From: Campylobacterota bacterium
Lineage (GTDB): Bacteria > Campylobacterota > Campylobacteria > Campylobacterales > Thiovulaceae
Length of the DNA stretch: 64,000 nt
Assembly: GCA_030152305.1 (NCBI GenBank)
Contig: JASKOM010000001.1
Coordinates: forward strand, 201,174-265,173
Direction of reading: 5' to 3'
In this document: piece by piece, positions 34,491 through 45,635 of the stretch
Numbering within the stretch: position 1 is the first letter of the stretch
Layout: each line of letters starts with the position of its first letter
Made by a program: the position numbers and the translations under genes
Notes under the pieces: model-generated
Told to the model about the DNA's origin: nothing
The model's input: the letters and a program-made list of their open reading frames with translations, nothing else
The model's database searches: none

Positions 34491-36125
34491 TTATTTGCTG
34501 ATTTGTTTTATAAAATAGCCTTTTAACGGTTCAAGAATTGTTAAAGAATCAATTGAGCCGTTGTAATCTTTATAACAAATTTCCCAATTCTGTTTTTCTG
34601 AATTAAATCCGAAGATTACATAATTTTGATTATTAAATATGTTTGTTAAATTATCAGTTGAAGCGGTAACGATAGGTTTTAATTGATATTTATTGCTAAA
34701 AGATTCATCATCATTTATAATTAAACTTTCTGGATTCATTATGTTTAATAGTGAAATATTTGTATCTTTTTCAGTGAAAACCCAAGCTCCTTCGCCAGAA
34801 TGGAGATAATCCGTAAAAATATTGCCTGTTTTTAAAATAGATTGCAAATGTTGATTATTCGAAAAACCGTAATATTTACCGTCTCTTAAAATCCAGATAA
34901 ATTGATCTTGAAACATTGCTGTTAAATTGAAATTTTCTTTAAATGGATTGCCGATGAGGTTCCAATTTGCTTTTAATTCAAATTGATTTGCAATGTTTTT
35001 CGCGACTAAATTACTTGACATTTCATAATTTGAAATATTTAACAAACCAATTGTATCGTTTGTAGACACGACTTCATTATTTTCATGTTGTGTTGCAAAG
35101 TGTAAATATTGCTTATTTGAACCTAACAAATAATTATTTGTATTGTTATTAAAAAAGAAAAAACCATATTTGCCTATATTTTGAATTTTTGTAATATTTT
35201 TAATTAATGGCTTTGGATAGCCTTTTGAACCATCGTTAAAATTATCTATATTTAATAAATTTAGTCCAAATTCTCGCATTGAATTATTAAAATCCTGATC
35301 ATATTTTTCGATTAAAGATAAAAAAGTTGTGTTAAGTTCGATATTTTCTAAAGGATATTTTATAATCGAAAGATTATGATCTCGCTCGATAAAATATTTG
35401 AAAAATATTGATTTCCCATATTCGATTGAGCCATTTTTAAATTCCAAGCCTGAATTTAAGTTATCTGTGTAATTATCAATCAACGAAATATAATCGTTAT
35501 TATCTGGAAATACCTCATCTTCAATTGTTACAGCTGAACCTTCAAGAAACCATATATTTTTTGTCCAAGCTTGATTATCCATTTTATTTTTATCAAAATA
35601 TGAAAACTGAACAGCATGAAAAAATTCGTGAGCAATTGTAACTTCCAATTGTTTCAAAGTTATAACTGGATTGATTACTATATATGCAACACCGTTTGAA
35701 TATGTGTCAGTATAACCTGCATAATTACCATTAATAGTCATATATTTTGATTTGTCAAAATTATATGCATCTCTATTTGCAATATAAATATCTATTTTAT
35801 ATTTATCGCTATCAACAGGTTTTTTAAATTGAAGTTCATCAATAATTTTACTGTGAGATTTTTCTGCGATTGCCAAAATAGAATTTGCTAAATCTTTGTT
35901 TAAATTTGAGCTTTTATAAGAATTGCCTAAAATAACTCGAAAATTGCCAGAAGTAAAAAAGAAATTTTTTGAGTCGGAAGAGATATTTGAATCATGAAAC
36001 GATGGATAATTAGATATATAACTTAAGATTCTTGTTTCATTATGATTATTATTTTGTTCAAGTGGCTGATCAACAATAGCAAAAGCCAAAGTTGAAATTG
36101 TTGATATTAATAAAATTTGTTTCAT
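34491..36125 (-). CDS. secreted protein with an HExxH zinc-metalloprotease motif
   Basis: 544 aa. Signal peptide, and HEFFHAVQ embedded in TIAHEFFHAVQFSYFD. Last gene of the surface-protein cluster. Confidence 0.5.
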   Translation of the reverse strand: MKQILLISTISTLAFAIVDQPLEQNNNHNETRILSYISNYPSFHDSNISSDSKNFFFTSGNFRVILGNSYKSSNLNKDLANSILAIAEKSHSKIIDELQFKKPVDSDKYKIDIYIANRDAYNFDKSKYMTINGNYAGYTDTYSNGVAYIVINPVITLKQLEVTIAHEFFHAVQFSYFDKNKMDNQAWTKNIWFLEGSAVTIEDEVFPDNNDYISLIDNYTDNLNSGLEFKNGSIEYGKSIFFKYFIERDHNLSIIKYPLENIELNTTFLSLIEKYDQDFNNSMREFGLNLLNIDNFNDGSKGYPKPLIKNITKIQNIGKYGFFFFNNNTNNYLLGSNKQYLHFATQHENNEVVSTNDTIGLLNISNYEMSSNLVAKNIANQFELKANWNLIGNPFKENFNLTAMFQDQFIWILRDGKYYGFSNNQHLQSILKTGNIFTDYLHSGEGAWVFTEKDTNISLLNIMNPESLIINDDESFSNKYQLKPIVTASTDNLTNIFNNQNYVIFGFNSEKQNWEICYKDYNGSIDSLTILEPLKGYFIKQISK

Positions 36126-36257
36126 TTGTTTTGTTTAACTCATTATATTTTAAATAGCGATCCGCTCGTTATTGAGCAGATCTTGAAGAAAAGAGATAGA
36201 TGTGAAATAGAGGCAACCAATTAATAAATTAACTGATTGCTTTAATTTAGTTATTTG

Positions 36258-39200
36258 TTATAAGTTTGGAACTTCTGGAGCTCTTGGAAGAATTCTATTA
36301 GATGCATCTTCAATATAAATCTCTTTCAAGAATGTTTGAGTTGCATTTGTTTCATTATCTTTAACTGTTAAAGTAATTTCATGATTACCAGAAACATTTG
36401 ACTCAAAAGTTACATTCGCTTCAGTTGAAAACCTATTTTGAACTCCAGAACTATTTTCGTCTAAATAATAATCAAACCACTCATAGCTGTAATTACCATC
36501 AACTGGTGATAAATCAGCTGAAAGAGAGTAACTATTGCCATTTTGTATTTCATTGATTCCATAAAGTGAGAAATCTGGAACAGCAATTGATGAAGCATCA
36601 AATCTTGAAAGATTGACATCAACTGAACCAGTTTTATTTACTGGAACAGACATTGCTTTAAGCTTAAATTCATCTTTCAAATCAAAATCTGGATAGATAA
36701 TATAAGTTCCTGACACTAAATCTGTAAATTCAGCTTGACCTTGAGAATTTGTCATTTTTGTTGAAAGCAATTGATAAGAATCTGTGTAAAGCGATACATA
36801 GTAATCTGTTAATGCTGAACACTCTTTACCGTTTTCTTCGCAACCATTTAAATTAACTGTTAAGCTATTTGGTGTTTCACCAGCAGGAAGCCATTTAATT
36901 TGATAGTCTCTTGTCCAATCATAAGCATAATTTGGATTAATTGCCATGAGGTAGAAATTATTCACACCTTTATGTAATTTAATTGGATAGTTTTGAATTA
37001 TATAAGAATGTTCGCTTTGTTTTGTAACAAAATTAGATGAAGTGTTAATTTCGTAAAGATCATCATTTGTTATATAGAAAAGTCTTGCACTATGGTTTAT
37101 ATCTAAAAGTTTTAAATCAAAGTTACTTACAGTTGCATTTAATTCAAAAACACCATTTGCATTATTAACTAATGTTGGTAAGTTTCCAACTGTGTCAAAT
37201 AAAGGAGCACCAGAAACAGCACTTTCGCCTTGTAACATGATAATTGTCATATCAACTTGTGCAGTTTGTGCAGATGGAACCGTAACAGGAATTTTGTCAG
37301 AGTAACCTCTAAGTTTGCCATCTTTATCAAGTTGAAGAGCAACAAGTTTATAAGTTTCTTTAGCTTTTAAGTTTTCAAGAACATATTCAACTTTGCTGTC
37401 TTTAACATAAGCAGTAGCAGTGTTGATATATAAATTATCAGAGTTATAAACATCTACAAGAATTATTGAGCCTTCATAACCTGAAAGATTTGCATCAAGA
37501 ATCGATCCTTTAATATGTCCAATATTTGGATCATATTTAACAAATGTGCTTGATGATCGGCTGATACCTAATTGGTTAGCAACTTCAAAATAGACTTCAT
37601 TAACACCAATTTCAAGAGGCAATTCAAATTCATATTTTGTTGAATCGCCATCAACTGTTGATGATTTTTTGAATTTAACTTCTTTGCTATTAACATACGG
37701 AGTAATTACAGCACTACTTGTTAATGCTTTAACATCACTTGTATTGTTACCTGATAATTTGTCAAATGTTTCAATAAATACTTTTGTATTGCCTTTTTCC
37801 ATATCAACTTTATAATCGCTGATAGTTGTTGAAGCTTTTCGTGTTGGCTCTTCGTTGCTATTTACCAATTTAATAGTAATTTCTCGATTAGCAGAGAAGT
37901 TATTAACTGTTTTAATAGAAGCGATATAGCTTGTTGTTGTTTGATTAGGAACTTCAACTCGAACTATTCTGTTAGAGCTTCCACCGCCAATAACATTTGA
38001 GAATACTGCTGTTGAACCTTGAATTTTTGCAATTGATTGCGATTCTTCTAAGTTTTGAGCTGTTTTGATACCATCAACAGATACGACTGCATCGCTAATT
38101 GGATTGTTTGTTTCAGCATCAACAACTTTTACAGTTAATGTATATGTTGGTTTTGATTTAATTGAAAGATCAACTCGTTTAATATCTTCTCGCTCTGCTG
38201 TTTTAACATCATCGATTTTGAAACTTGGAACATTAATTGAAGAAGAATCAAAATAGCCTAATTTACTAGCTTGAATTCGAAGTAAAGAGATGCTTTCGTC
38301 TGATTTGAATTGACTGAAATCCATTTCAACAGGTGAGAATTGGCATAAACCGACTCTATCTGTAACATCATATTGAATAGCTGGAGTATAAACAGGTTTA
38401 GATGACACAACTCGATCAATTACGATGTAATCTTTGAATGTTTTGTTAGAACCTTCACCGCTTGATTTAAAGCTCATTTGTCCTCTACCTCTTAAAAAGA
38501 AGTTTTGATTATTCTCTTTAACAGTAAGCGACAATGTTGGAATCATATCTAGTGTGAAACCGTCGTCAAAAACATTTTTATTTGGTGATTTAGCAGTTTT
38601 AGAAACATTTGCTTCAGTTAAAACTTCTGAAAGAGGCATTGCTAGTTTTTCTAAGAATTTATTAGAACTTACAATTTGAGCAATTTTATCGATGAATAGT
38701 TTGGTGTTATCTGACTTTTGAACAGAAATTAATTCAGGAATATTTTCTTGATCTAAATTTGTGTTTGCAGTTGAACCATCACCATTAATTTTTACCCATT
38801 TAAAGCCACCTTGACCATTTGGAGCAACAGCTAAATTAATAGAGCTATCATCAGCCAATTTAACAGCAGTAATAACAATAAAGCCCCAATCTACATAATT
38901 TGTAGTGTAATCTTCTGGATTAAATACAGTGCCGTAATTTGCTCTAAGATATTTAACGGTTTTATTTCCGATAATTTTCATTGAAGTTGATATTTCGTCT
39001 GCTGACAATTCGTCATTTAATGCATTATAGTGAGTAATTTTTAAATTATCTAATGTATTAAAAATTGAGGTATTTTCTGCTTCCGTATTAAATCCATTGA
39101 TTTTTAGCCATTGTCCATTATTTAACTCATTTGTTTTAATAGCAAAACTTTTTACAGGATCTGAAAACTCGCTTGTAGCTTCTTCATACATTTTTGCAAG

Positions 39201-41423
39201 GTCAATCTTTGTAGCGATATAACCAATTGATGGATATTTTCTATCTGGACTAACTGTAAAATTTTTGTCTAAGTTATCTTTATCAGCTATATCTGTTGCA
39301 ACTTCTGAAAAATCAACTTTTTGATCTCTGTTTATATCGTGTTCAACTTGAACAGCAATATCAAACTGACCAGATGCTACGATTTTTACATCTTCTGGAT
39401 CACCAGCTAATGGCGACCTCATCGCAAGAGCAACAATTTGATCATAAGATAAGAAATTACCATTTGATGCAAGAGTTCCCTCTTTAATAAGAATCCATCT
39501 GTCTTCAGAAATTCTTTGAAGTGTTCTAGGACTTTGTGGTGTAACAGCTGATGAACTTAAATCATCTTTATGTTTTTTAACAAACCAGCTATATTTTGCT
39601 CCAACAATTCCGCCAACTTCAATACCTGTTTTTTCAACATCATTAATAATTCGTTTAACATCTTGATTTACAGTAGCAAGAGCAATTGGTGCGATTAATT
39701 GAACATTTGCATTTGCAACAGTGAAAGAATTTTCATCTTTTACTTCGCATTTAACAGTCGCATGTTCTGGAGGAGTCATCATTTCCATTGTTATATCAGT
39801 AGATGATTTGCCATTAACTATTTGATTTAAAGAAGAAATATTTAAAGTTTTTGATATTGGATAATGTTCGCCTTCGATAGCCGAAATTGTAAAGTCTTCA
39901 ACTGAACCTTGAGCTGAAAGTAATGTGAAAGTTGCTGTTCCGTTGCTATCAACATTTTTAAGAATTTCAACTCCGCCATTTCCTCGTTTTAGTTTAACAG
40001 CTGATCTATTAAGAGCTAATTTAGATCCAGCTTCGATAACTTTAACATTTAAAGTGTATTCATTAGGTTTTAAATCAGGAGTTTGATTAACAGCTTTTTT
40101 GTAGAAAGCATATATTGGTTTTGGACCTGTAACATATTTTGTTGAGATAAATGTATTAACTTTTGAGTTACTTTCTCTAACTATTTCTTTTTCACCAGAA
40201 CTTAAGGCACTAACTCCGTTCATTCTAAGTGAAAAAGATCCGTTCTCATCATTACGAATCTGTTTCCATTCATTATTGTTATAATAATACAACTCAATAC
40301 TACCAAAAGAAGTATTGCCTTCACAAAGCTTATCTAATAATGCTTGAGTAACATTGCCATCTTCATTTGAGACTTCAGCAATCATATCACTTGTTAATGA
40401 TATTCCTAAAATAGTTTCGATATCAGCGGTTTTTCCAGCATATTCACCTGTATATGAAACTACATCATTCCATGATTGATTAAAGTTATATTGATTATTT
40501 GTTGCTTGTGTTTTTGAAGAAATAATCATTTTACCAAGAGGATATATAATATAGCCAACTTGTTCAAGTTTAGTTGTAATGTTATTGTAATCAGGTAAAG
40601 CTGACCAATCAGCTGATTTTAACTTAAGAAAAGAACCTGTTATTTCCATACCACCAGCAGGTAAATAAATACCTCCAGCTGAACTCATATAAGTTTTCTC
40701 TATTGTTGCTTCAAGTATTTTATCTTCATCATCATTTAAGCTATTTAATACTCGACCTGTTGCAGATGCTTGAGCTTCAGCATTAAACGAAATAATTCCA
40801 GTTCCATCATCTTCAGAAATAAAAATATAATTTGCAGATCCACCAGCTGAAATTGTTTGAACAGTTGATTCATATTTTGCTTTTGCAATATAAACTTTTT
40901 TAGAAGTTGGAATTGTTGTTAAATATAAAAAGCCTGTTGAACTTGTTGAACCGATGAGGTTACCGACTGAACCGTTTGTTTCAACACTATAAACTTCAGC
41001 ATCAGCAATAATTGATGGACTTCCACCTTCAGAAATTGAATAAACATATAACGAAGAACCAGTTGTAGCTAAATCACTAGCAATTTTTGAATCATTTATA
41101 TTACTTAACATAGATGTTAAATTTGTTGCAAAGTTAGATTTAGGATCAACAGAAGCAGAAGAATATTTTTGTCCATTAACTGTTTTAGAAAGAACAACAT
41201 TTGAAACATTTGTATAAGTTAAAGATGAAATTTCAGATGCTTTTTTGCTAGAAATTTGAGTTTTTAATGAACTAATATCAACATTTTCTTTATCAACATA
41301 TAATTCAACATCTATATAATCGCTTGTTTGAACAACACCAGCAAGTTTTTGAACTTTAACCCAATAGCCTAAGATTTTAATTAAAAGAATTAAAATCTTG
41401 AGCATCAGAGTCCTTAGGATCAT
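36258..41423 (-). CDS. giant surface/adhesin-like protein with repeated Ig-like / carboxypeptidase-regulatory-like beta-sandwich modules and a C-terminal PKD-like domain
   Basis: 1721-aa ORF. Recurrent modules such as TLTVKVVDAETNNPISDAVVSVDG and SQGQAEFTDLVSGTYIIYP. C-terminal NYSYEWF...GNHEITLTVKD. The annotated start is probably not the ancestral N-terminus (see 41380-42081). Confidence 0.7.
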   Translation of the reverse strand: MILRTLMLKILILLIKILGYWVKVQKLAGVVQTSDYIDVELYVDKENVDISSLKTQISSKKASEISSLTYTNVSNVVLSKTVNGQKYSSASVDPKSNFATNLTSMLSNINDSKIASDLATTGSSLYVYSISEGGSPSIIADAEVYSVETNGSVGNLIGSTSSTGFLYLTTIPTSKKVYIAKAKYESTVQTISAGGSANYIFISEDDGTGIISFNAEAQASATGRVLNSLNDDEDKILEATIEKTYMSSAGGIYLPAGGMEITGSFLKLKSADWSALPDYNNITTKLEQVGYIIYPLGKMIISSKTQATNNQYNFNQSWNDVVSYTGEYAGKTADIETILGISLTSDMIAEVSNEDGNVTQALLDKLCEGNTSFGSIELYYYNNNEWKQIRNDENGSFSLRMNGVSALSSGEKEIVRESNSKVNTFISTKYVTGPKPIYAFYKKAVNQTPDLKPNEYTLNVKVIEAGSKLALNRSAVKLKRGNGGVEILKNVDSNGTATFTLLSAQGSVEDFTISAIEGEHYPISKTLNISSLNQIVNGKSSTDITMEMMTPPEHATVKCEVKDENSFTVANANVQLIAPIALATVNQDVKRIINDVEKTGIEVGGIVGAKYSWFVKKHKDDLSSSAVTPQSPRTLQRISEDRWILIKEGTLASNGNFLSYDQIVALAMRSPLAGDPEDVKIVASGQFDIAVQVEHDINRDQKVDFSEVATDIADKDNLDKNFTVSPDRKYPSIGYIATKIDLAKMYEEATSEFSDPVKSFAIKTNELNNGQWLKINGFNTEAENTSIFNTLDNLKITHYNALNDELSADEISTSMKIIGNKTVKYLRANYGTVFNPEDYTTNYVDWGFIVITAVKLADDSSINLAVAPNGQGGFKWVKINGDGSTANTNLDQENIPELISVQKSDNTKLFIDKIAQIVSSNKFLEKLAMPLSEVLTEANVSKTAKSPNKNVFDDGFTLDMIPTLSLTVKENNQNFFLRGRGQMSFKSSGEGSNKTFKDYIVIDRVVSSKPVYTPAIQYDVTDRVGLCQFSPVEMDFSQFKSDESISLLRIQASKLGYFDSSSINVPSFKIDDVKTAEREDIKRVDLSIKSKPTYTLTVKVVDAETNNPISDAVVSVDGIKTAQNLEESQSIAKIQGSTAVFSNVIGGGSSNRIVRVEVPNQTTTSYIASIKTVNNFSANREITIKLVNSNEEPTRKASTTISDYKVDMEKGNTKVFIETFDKLSGNNTSDVKALTSSAVITPYVNSKEVKFKKSSTVDGDSTKYEFELPLEIGVNEVYFEVANQLGISRSSSTFVKYDPNIGHIKGSILDANLSGYEGSIILVDVYNSDNLYINTATAYVKDSKVEYVLENLKAKETYKLVALQLDKDGKLRGYSDKIPVTVPSAQTAQVDMTIIMLQGESAVSGAPLFDTVGNLPTLVNNANGVFELNATVSNFDLKLLDINHSARLFYITNDDLYEINTSSNFVTKQSEHSYIIQNYPIKLHKGVNNFYLMAINPNYAYDWTRDYQIKWLPAGETPNSLTVNLNGCEENGKECSALTDYYVSLYTDSYQLLSTKMTNSQGQAEFTDLVSGTYIIYPDFDLKDEFKLKAMSVPVNKTGSVDVNLSRFDASSIAVPDFSLYGINEIQNGNSYSLSADLSPVDGNYSYEWFDYYLDENSSGVQNRFSTEANVTFESNVSGNHEITLTVKDNETNATQTFLKEIYIEDASNRILPRAPEVPNL

Positions 41424-42081
41424 AAATTTTTGTTACTTGACCTACTTTTGTAACAAACTTATCTGTTTTATATCCGTAGACAAGGTAAGGTTAATTTATT
41501 CTAAAACAATTGTTTGTTTTTCGTCATAGTTATAGATAACTTCTTGAAATTTACCAGAACTAGATTCAAAAATAATAAACTTAGAGCCTTTATAGAGACC
41601 ATCAGGTGCAATTTTTGCAACTTTAGTTAATCCAACATATATAACAATGATTTGACCATTTATATCTTCATGAGTGTTACTTGCTTTAGCATTAAAATTA
41701 ATAACTAAATTGTTAGAATAGTTATAGTCATTGCCTGAATATGGAGTTACAGAAACTCTTGCACTTGCAACATCTGATTCAATAACTGTTATATTTGTAT
41801 CGCCAGTTAATGTTACTGTATTATTTCCAGCATTTACAACTGTAACAGTTTGTGTTTGTGTAGCATTTTTATCATTTGCTGAAGCAATAACTTTTACAGT
41901 ATATGAACCTGATTTATTGAAATCAAAAGCATGTGAATTAAGAGTTGCCTACAAATGTTTCATTTAGATACCAATAATATGTAATATTTGCATTATTAGA
42001 AACATTGCCTTCAACTGATAAAGTAAGACTTGTATTAGTTACAACAGTAAAATTATTATCAGCTGATCTAATCGCTGAAAG
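41380..42081 (-). pseudogene. degraded coding linker between the 1031-aa and 1721-aa ORFs (PKD-like domain and more, broken by 1 in-frame stop and at least 3 frame changes)
   Basis: My minus-strand translation follows. After the TAA at 42084-42082, the same frame continues LSAIRSADNNFTVVTNTSLTLSVEGNVSNNANITYYWYLNETFVGNS* (41941-42081). The next frame reads TLNSHAFDFNKSGSYTVKVIASANDKNATQTQTVTVVN...YNYDEKQTIVLE* (41499-41948). A third frame reads PYLVYGYKTDKFVTKVGQVTKIYDPKDSDAQDFNSFN* (41380-41490) and runs into the 1721-aa ORF frame. Confidence 0.65.
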
Positions 42082-45000
42082 TTATGGAGCTTCTAACGGA
42101 CTAACAGTAATGTTAAATTCGTTACTTAATACTGTTTGATTAGCAGAATCTTTTGCCTGAACTTTACATTGTGAAACAGAAGCAGAATCACTTGTATTTG
42201 TTGGAGTTGCACTAATTAATCCAGAAGTTGAATTAATAGAAATACCAGTAGGTGAACAAGTTAAATTATATTCAAGTGTGTCATTCGCATCAGTAAAATA
42301 CGAAGAAACATTTTCATTAATTGGTGTTCCACTGAAAACTGAAATATTTGCAATTGTTCCGCTAAATGTTGGAGCAGGATTATTTACTGAATTATCAACA
42401 CAAACATTATTTACAAGACTTTGTCCAGCTGAACAAGTTGGTGTTGGATTTGTTGAGTTACTATTAATTACATTAACATTTCCAGAAAGCGAATAAAGTT
42501 TTGCAACATTAAATTTGTCGCTAATATATTCAGCTTTATCGCTAAATGGAGCAACTAAAGATAAGTTAGTGTCTGTTTTAAATCCGCTGAAAGCATCAAC
42601 ATTTGAAACATAAATTGTTACTGTGTAACTACCTTCTTTTGAGAAAAATTCTTTTGCTAAATCATCATTTCCAGATGTAACATCATTGTAAATTGCATCA
42701 ACTAATTTTGTATGATTAATTGTTAAATCATTTGTGTTAGAGATTGACAAAATTCTTGAGAAATTAACATCTTCAACTTCAGTATGTAATTCAGTTCCAC
42801 CAGATTTTTTGCCATAGCCAAAAACTGAACCGCTAGATTGAACACTTAATGAACCATTGATGTGAGTTAAGTTAGCATCTTTTACGATTGCAAATAATGC
42901 TCTATTTGAACTATCAGTAATTTTTATACCAACTGAAATATTTCTTGTTGAATTACTTGTGAAAGAGCTATTAATTTTTAATTTTAAAATTAAATCGCTA
43001 TTTCCTAAGTCGTCAATTTGACTTGAATCAATTGACGAATAATTAACAGTTACAAATGTTCCGTTTGAAATATTATATGTTTCATTAAGATCATCAAATC
43101 CTAAAACACCAATAAATATATTATTATCAGTTAAACCAAGATTAAAGTTATCAACTGTTGGCGATGGGTTATTTACAGGTCTTGTAATAGCAACAACATT
43201 CATTGTAGCAACTGAACTAACTCCGCCAACTGTTCCAGTTATAGAAACTGTGTGAGTTCCAAGAGTGCTAAAAATATAACTAAATGAATTTCCTGTTACA
43301 GATTGTGCTATTCCATCAACACTCCATACGAAAGTTGTATCTGGAATACTTGATGTTGCTGAAAATACAAATTCTTGATCGATATAAGCTGTTCCAAAAT
43401 TTGCATGAACAGAAACTTCAGGAGCATTACCAAGAGATTTAATTGTTATAGTTTGACTATCAGATTTACTTAAACCGTTTGATGTAGCCGTAACAGAAAC
43501 TATATAAGTTCCAGCAGATGTAAATTTATGACTAAAAGTTGAACTTGAACTAACAAATGAACCATTAATTGACCAAGAATATAGAATTGTTGAACTAACT
43601 AAATCAGCTGAATTCTTAAGTCCTGCTGTAAAAGTAATAGTATCTCCAGCCGAACCTGTTGATTCACCAGAAATATAAACTTCAGGAGCTACTTTAATTT
43701 GAACAGCCGAAGATAGATTGACATCTTTTGCTTTACTTGGATCTGCAATTACCTCATCAGATAAAAGAATAGATGATACTGTCTCGAGATTAACAAATTT
43801 ATCAGTTCCAGCTTGTTCAATAAGATTTGTCATTTGATCTTGAATTGCTTCGAAACCAACTTGTTCAATTGCATTAGCTAATTTTTCAATTTCTGAAATA
43901 ATATTATTAAGATCTGTGTCATTTGCATTAGCAAGTTTAGAAATATCTTTTTCTAATTTTGATGAAATAACTTCAGTAGCTTTTGAAACTGCCTCAAGCC
44001 CTTTTGCTCCACCTGTTTTAATAGTTGAAACATTCATAGTTGCAATAACAGTAACAAGTTTAGAAATAGATTTAGAAGCAGATTTCATTTTAACAAGCAT
44101 TGAAGCAAATTTATTTAAATCTGTTGAGCTAGTTTGTGAGTTTTTCATGTTCTCAACAATTTGATTAGCAAAAGTTTCACTTTCTTTTTCAAGAATAGCT
44201 GTTAAATTGATTTCAGAATTACTTGTCGCTGATTCTTTAAGTTTTTCTGCAACTGTTGAAAAAACAGCTGAAAATACTTGTGCAAAATCTGAACTTGACG
44301 ATGAGGTAGCAACTGATTTTGCCAAAGATTCAGCCATTTTTTGAACAACTAAAGCCTGTTTAATAGCATTTGCAGAAGCTTCTTTTTCAGCATCAGATCC
44401 ATTTTCCAATAAAGCAATAGGATCTTTGCCAATTATTGATTCATCTAAACCAAAAGATTTAGCAACCTGTTTTGTAGCCTCACTTTTTGAAATTGATGAA
44501 TTATTTTCAACGGTTTTTGCAACTAATGTTGTTAGCGGTGTAACAGGAACAGAAGTCATACTTTCTGGTTCAGTTGGTTCTGTATTAGCAGGATATGTTT
44601 TTTCAGCAAAATCAGATTCTTCAACTATATTTGAAAGTTCACCTTCAAAAGCTAAACCTGTTGAAAGATCAGTTCCACCAGAAACTTTAACAGTTCGATT
44701 TGTTGGTTTTGAATCATCAAAACGAGCTGACCAAGTTCCATTAGTTGCATCAGTTTGAACTGTTTTTGAGCCTAATACAACATTTGCTCCACCAATATAA
44801 CCGTCAATTGCAACACCTTTAATAAAATATGATTTTACAGTTTTGACAGGTTCGGTTATTGTTTTATCGGAACATTTACCATCAACAATTTCTTGATTTG
44901 CAGAACATTGAACACATTCGTTATTTGCATTTAAACCATAACCAGAAACATTTAATTCACAGTTATTTAAAACAGGTTTTTCAACACAATAACCTGAACT

Positions 45001-45177
45001 ATTAACTTCAAGATTTGAACTATTGCATTCTTGACATGTGCCATTTTTATCAAAACCATAACCTGTTTGACAAGTTTTAGTTTGCGATTGAACTGGATCG
45101 TCGCTATCGGTAGACGAACAACCAGTTAAAACAAGACTCACAAAAAAAGTGAGCCAAAAAAATTTATGTTTATACAT
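42082..45177 (-). CDS. large surface lipoprotein with Cys-rich N-terminal repeats and PKD-like domains
   Basis: 1031 aa. Lipobox LVLTGCSS. Repeated C-x-x-C-containing N-terminal units. PKD-like repeats (GDTITFTAG...YSWSINGSF...GTYIVSVTAT; FVWSVDG...GTHTVSITGT). Confidence 0.75.
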   Translation of the reverse strand: MYKHKFFWLTFFVSLVLTGCSSTDSDDPVQSQTKTCQTGYGFDKNGTCQECNSSNLEVNSSGYCVEKPVLNNCELNVSGYGLNANNECVQCSANQEIVDGKCSDKTITEPVKTVKSYFIKGVAIDGYIGGANVVLGSKTVQTDATNGTWSARFDDSKPTNRTVKVSGGTDLSTGLAFEGELSNIVEESDFAEKTYPANTEPTEPESMTSVPVTPLTTLVAKTVENNSSISKSEATKQVAKSFGLDESIIGKDPIALLENGSDAEKEASANAIKQALVVQKMAESLAKSVATSSSSSDFAQVFSAVFSTVAEKLKESATSNSEINLTAILEKESETFANQIVENMKNSQTSSTDLNKFASMLVKMKSASKSISKLVTVIATMNVSTIKTGGAKGLEAVSKATEVISSKLEKDISKLANANDTDLNNIISEIEKLANAIEQVGFEAIQDQMTNLIEQAGTDKFVNLETVSSILLSDEVIADPSKAKDVNLSSAVQIKVAPEVYISGESTGSAGDTITFTAGLKNSADLVSSTILYSWSINGSFVSSSSTFSHKFTSAGTYIVSVTATSNGLSKSDSQTITIKSLGNAPEVSVHANFGTAYIDQEFVFSATSSIPDTTFVWSVDGIAQSVTGNSFSYIFSTLGTHTVSITGTVGGVSSVATMNVVAITRPVNNPSPTVDNFNLGLTDNNIFIGVLGFDDLNETYNISNGTFVTVNYSSIDSSQIDDLGNSDLILKLKINSSFTSNSTRNISVGIKITDSSNRALFAIVKDANLTHINGSLSVQSSGSVFGYGKKSGGTELHTEVEDVNFSRILSISNTNDLTINHTKLVDAIYNDVTSGNDDLAKEFFSKEGSYTVTIYVSNVDAFSGFKTDTNLSLVAPFSDKAEYISDKFNVAKLYSLSGNVNVINSNSTNPTPTCSAGQSLVNNVCVDNSVNNPAPTFSGTIANISVFSGTPINENVSSYFTDANDTLEYNLTCSPTGISINSTSGLISATPTNTSDSASVSQCKVQAKDSANQTVLSNEFNITVSPLEAP

Positions 45178-45208
45178 AATTCCCCTTAAAAAAATTTTAT
45201 AAATTTAG

Positions 45209-45631
45209 TTATTTAAAAATAACTAACGAAACGATAAAGATAGCTACGAGAGTTGGAAACTCATTCAAGATTCTAAAAAACTTACCAGACTTATTGCAAA
45301 TATCGTGAGATAATTTAACCCGCAAAAACTCAAGATATATCTGAAAAACAAACAGAGACACGACAAATAAAAATTTAGCGATTAGCCAACCTTGAGAATA
45401 CAAACCTGTTATATATGCTAGAAAAACACCAGAAATTATAGTTGCCCACATTGCTGGGTTGCCAATATATTTTATTAATTTATATTCCATGATTTTTATA
45501 ACCGTTACAAAATCTTTTCGTTCGCGATGTTCTGCATGATAAACAAATAATCTTGGCAAATAAAATAACATTGCAAACCAAGATAAAAAAGAAAGAATGT
45601 GAAAAACTAAGATATAGTTATAAAATTCCAA
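45209..45631 (-). CDS. hemJ: HemJ-like protoporphyrinogen IX oxidase (UPF0093 membrane protein)
   Basis: 140 aa, 4 TM helices. LVFHILSFLSWFAMLFYLPRLFVYHAE matches the HemJ family signature (YLPRLFVYH). Confidence 0.65.
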   Translation of the reverse strand: MEFYNYILVFHILSFLSWFAMLFYLPRLFVYHAEHRERKDFVTVIKIMEYKLIKYIGNPAMWATIISGVFLAYITGLYSQGWLIAKFLFVVSLFVFQIYLEFLRVKLSHDICNKSGKFFRILNEFPTLVAIFIVSLVIFK

Positions 45632-45635
45632 TTAT

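Noticed and set aside
36159-36182. Hairpin gatccgctc-gttatt-gagcagatc between the giant ORF and the HExxH protein gene.
   Set aside because: It is plausibly a weak internal terminator or attenuator, but it is a single imperfect 9-bp stem without a T-tract. Not distinctive enough to report.
42082-42084. In-frame TAA followed by continuing PKD-domain coding sequence, considered as a stop-codon reassignment or alternative genetic code.
   Set aside because: TAA terminates most of the well-supported genes here at the expected protein ends, and standard-code translation gives full-length housekeeping proteins. A nonsense mutation or pseudogene is the simpler explanation.
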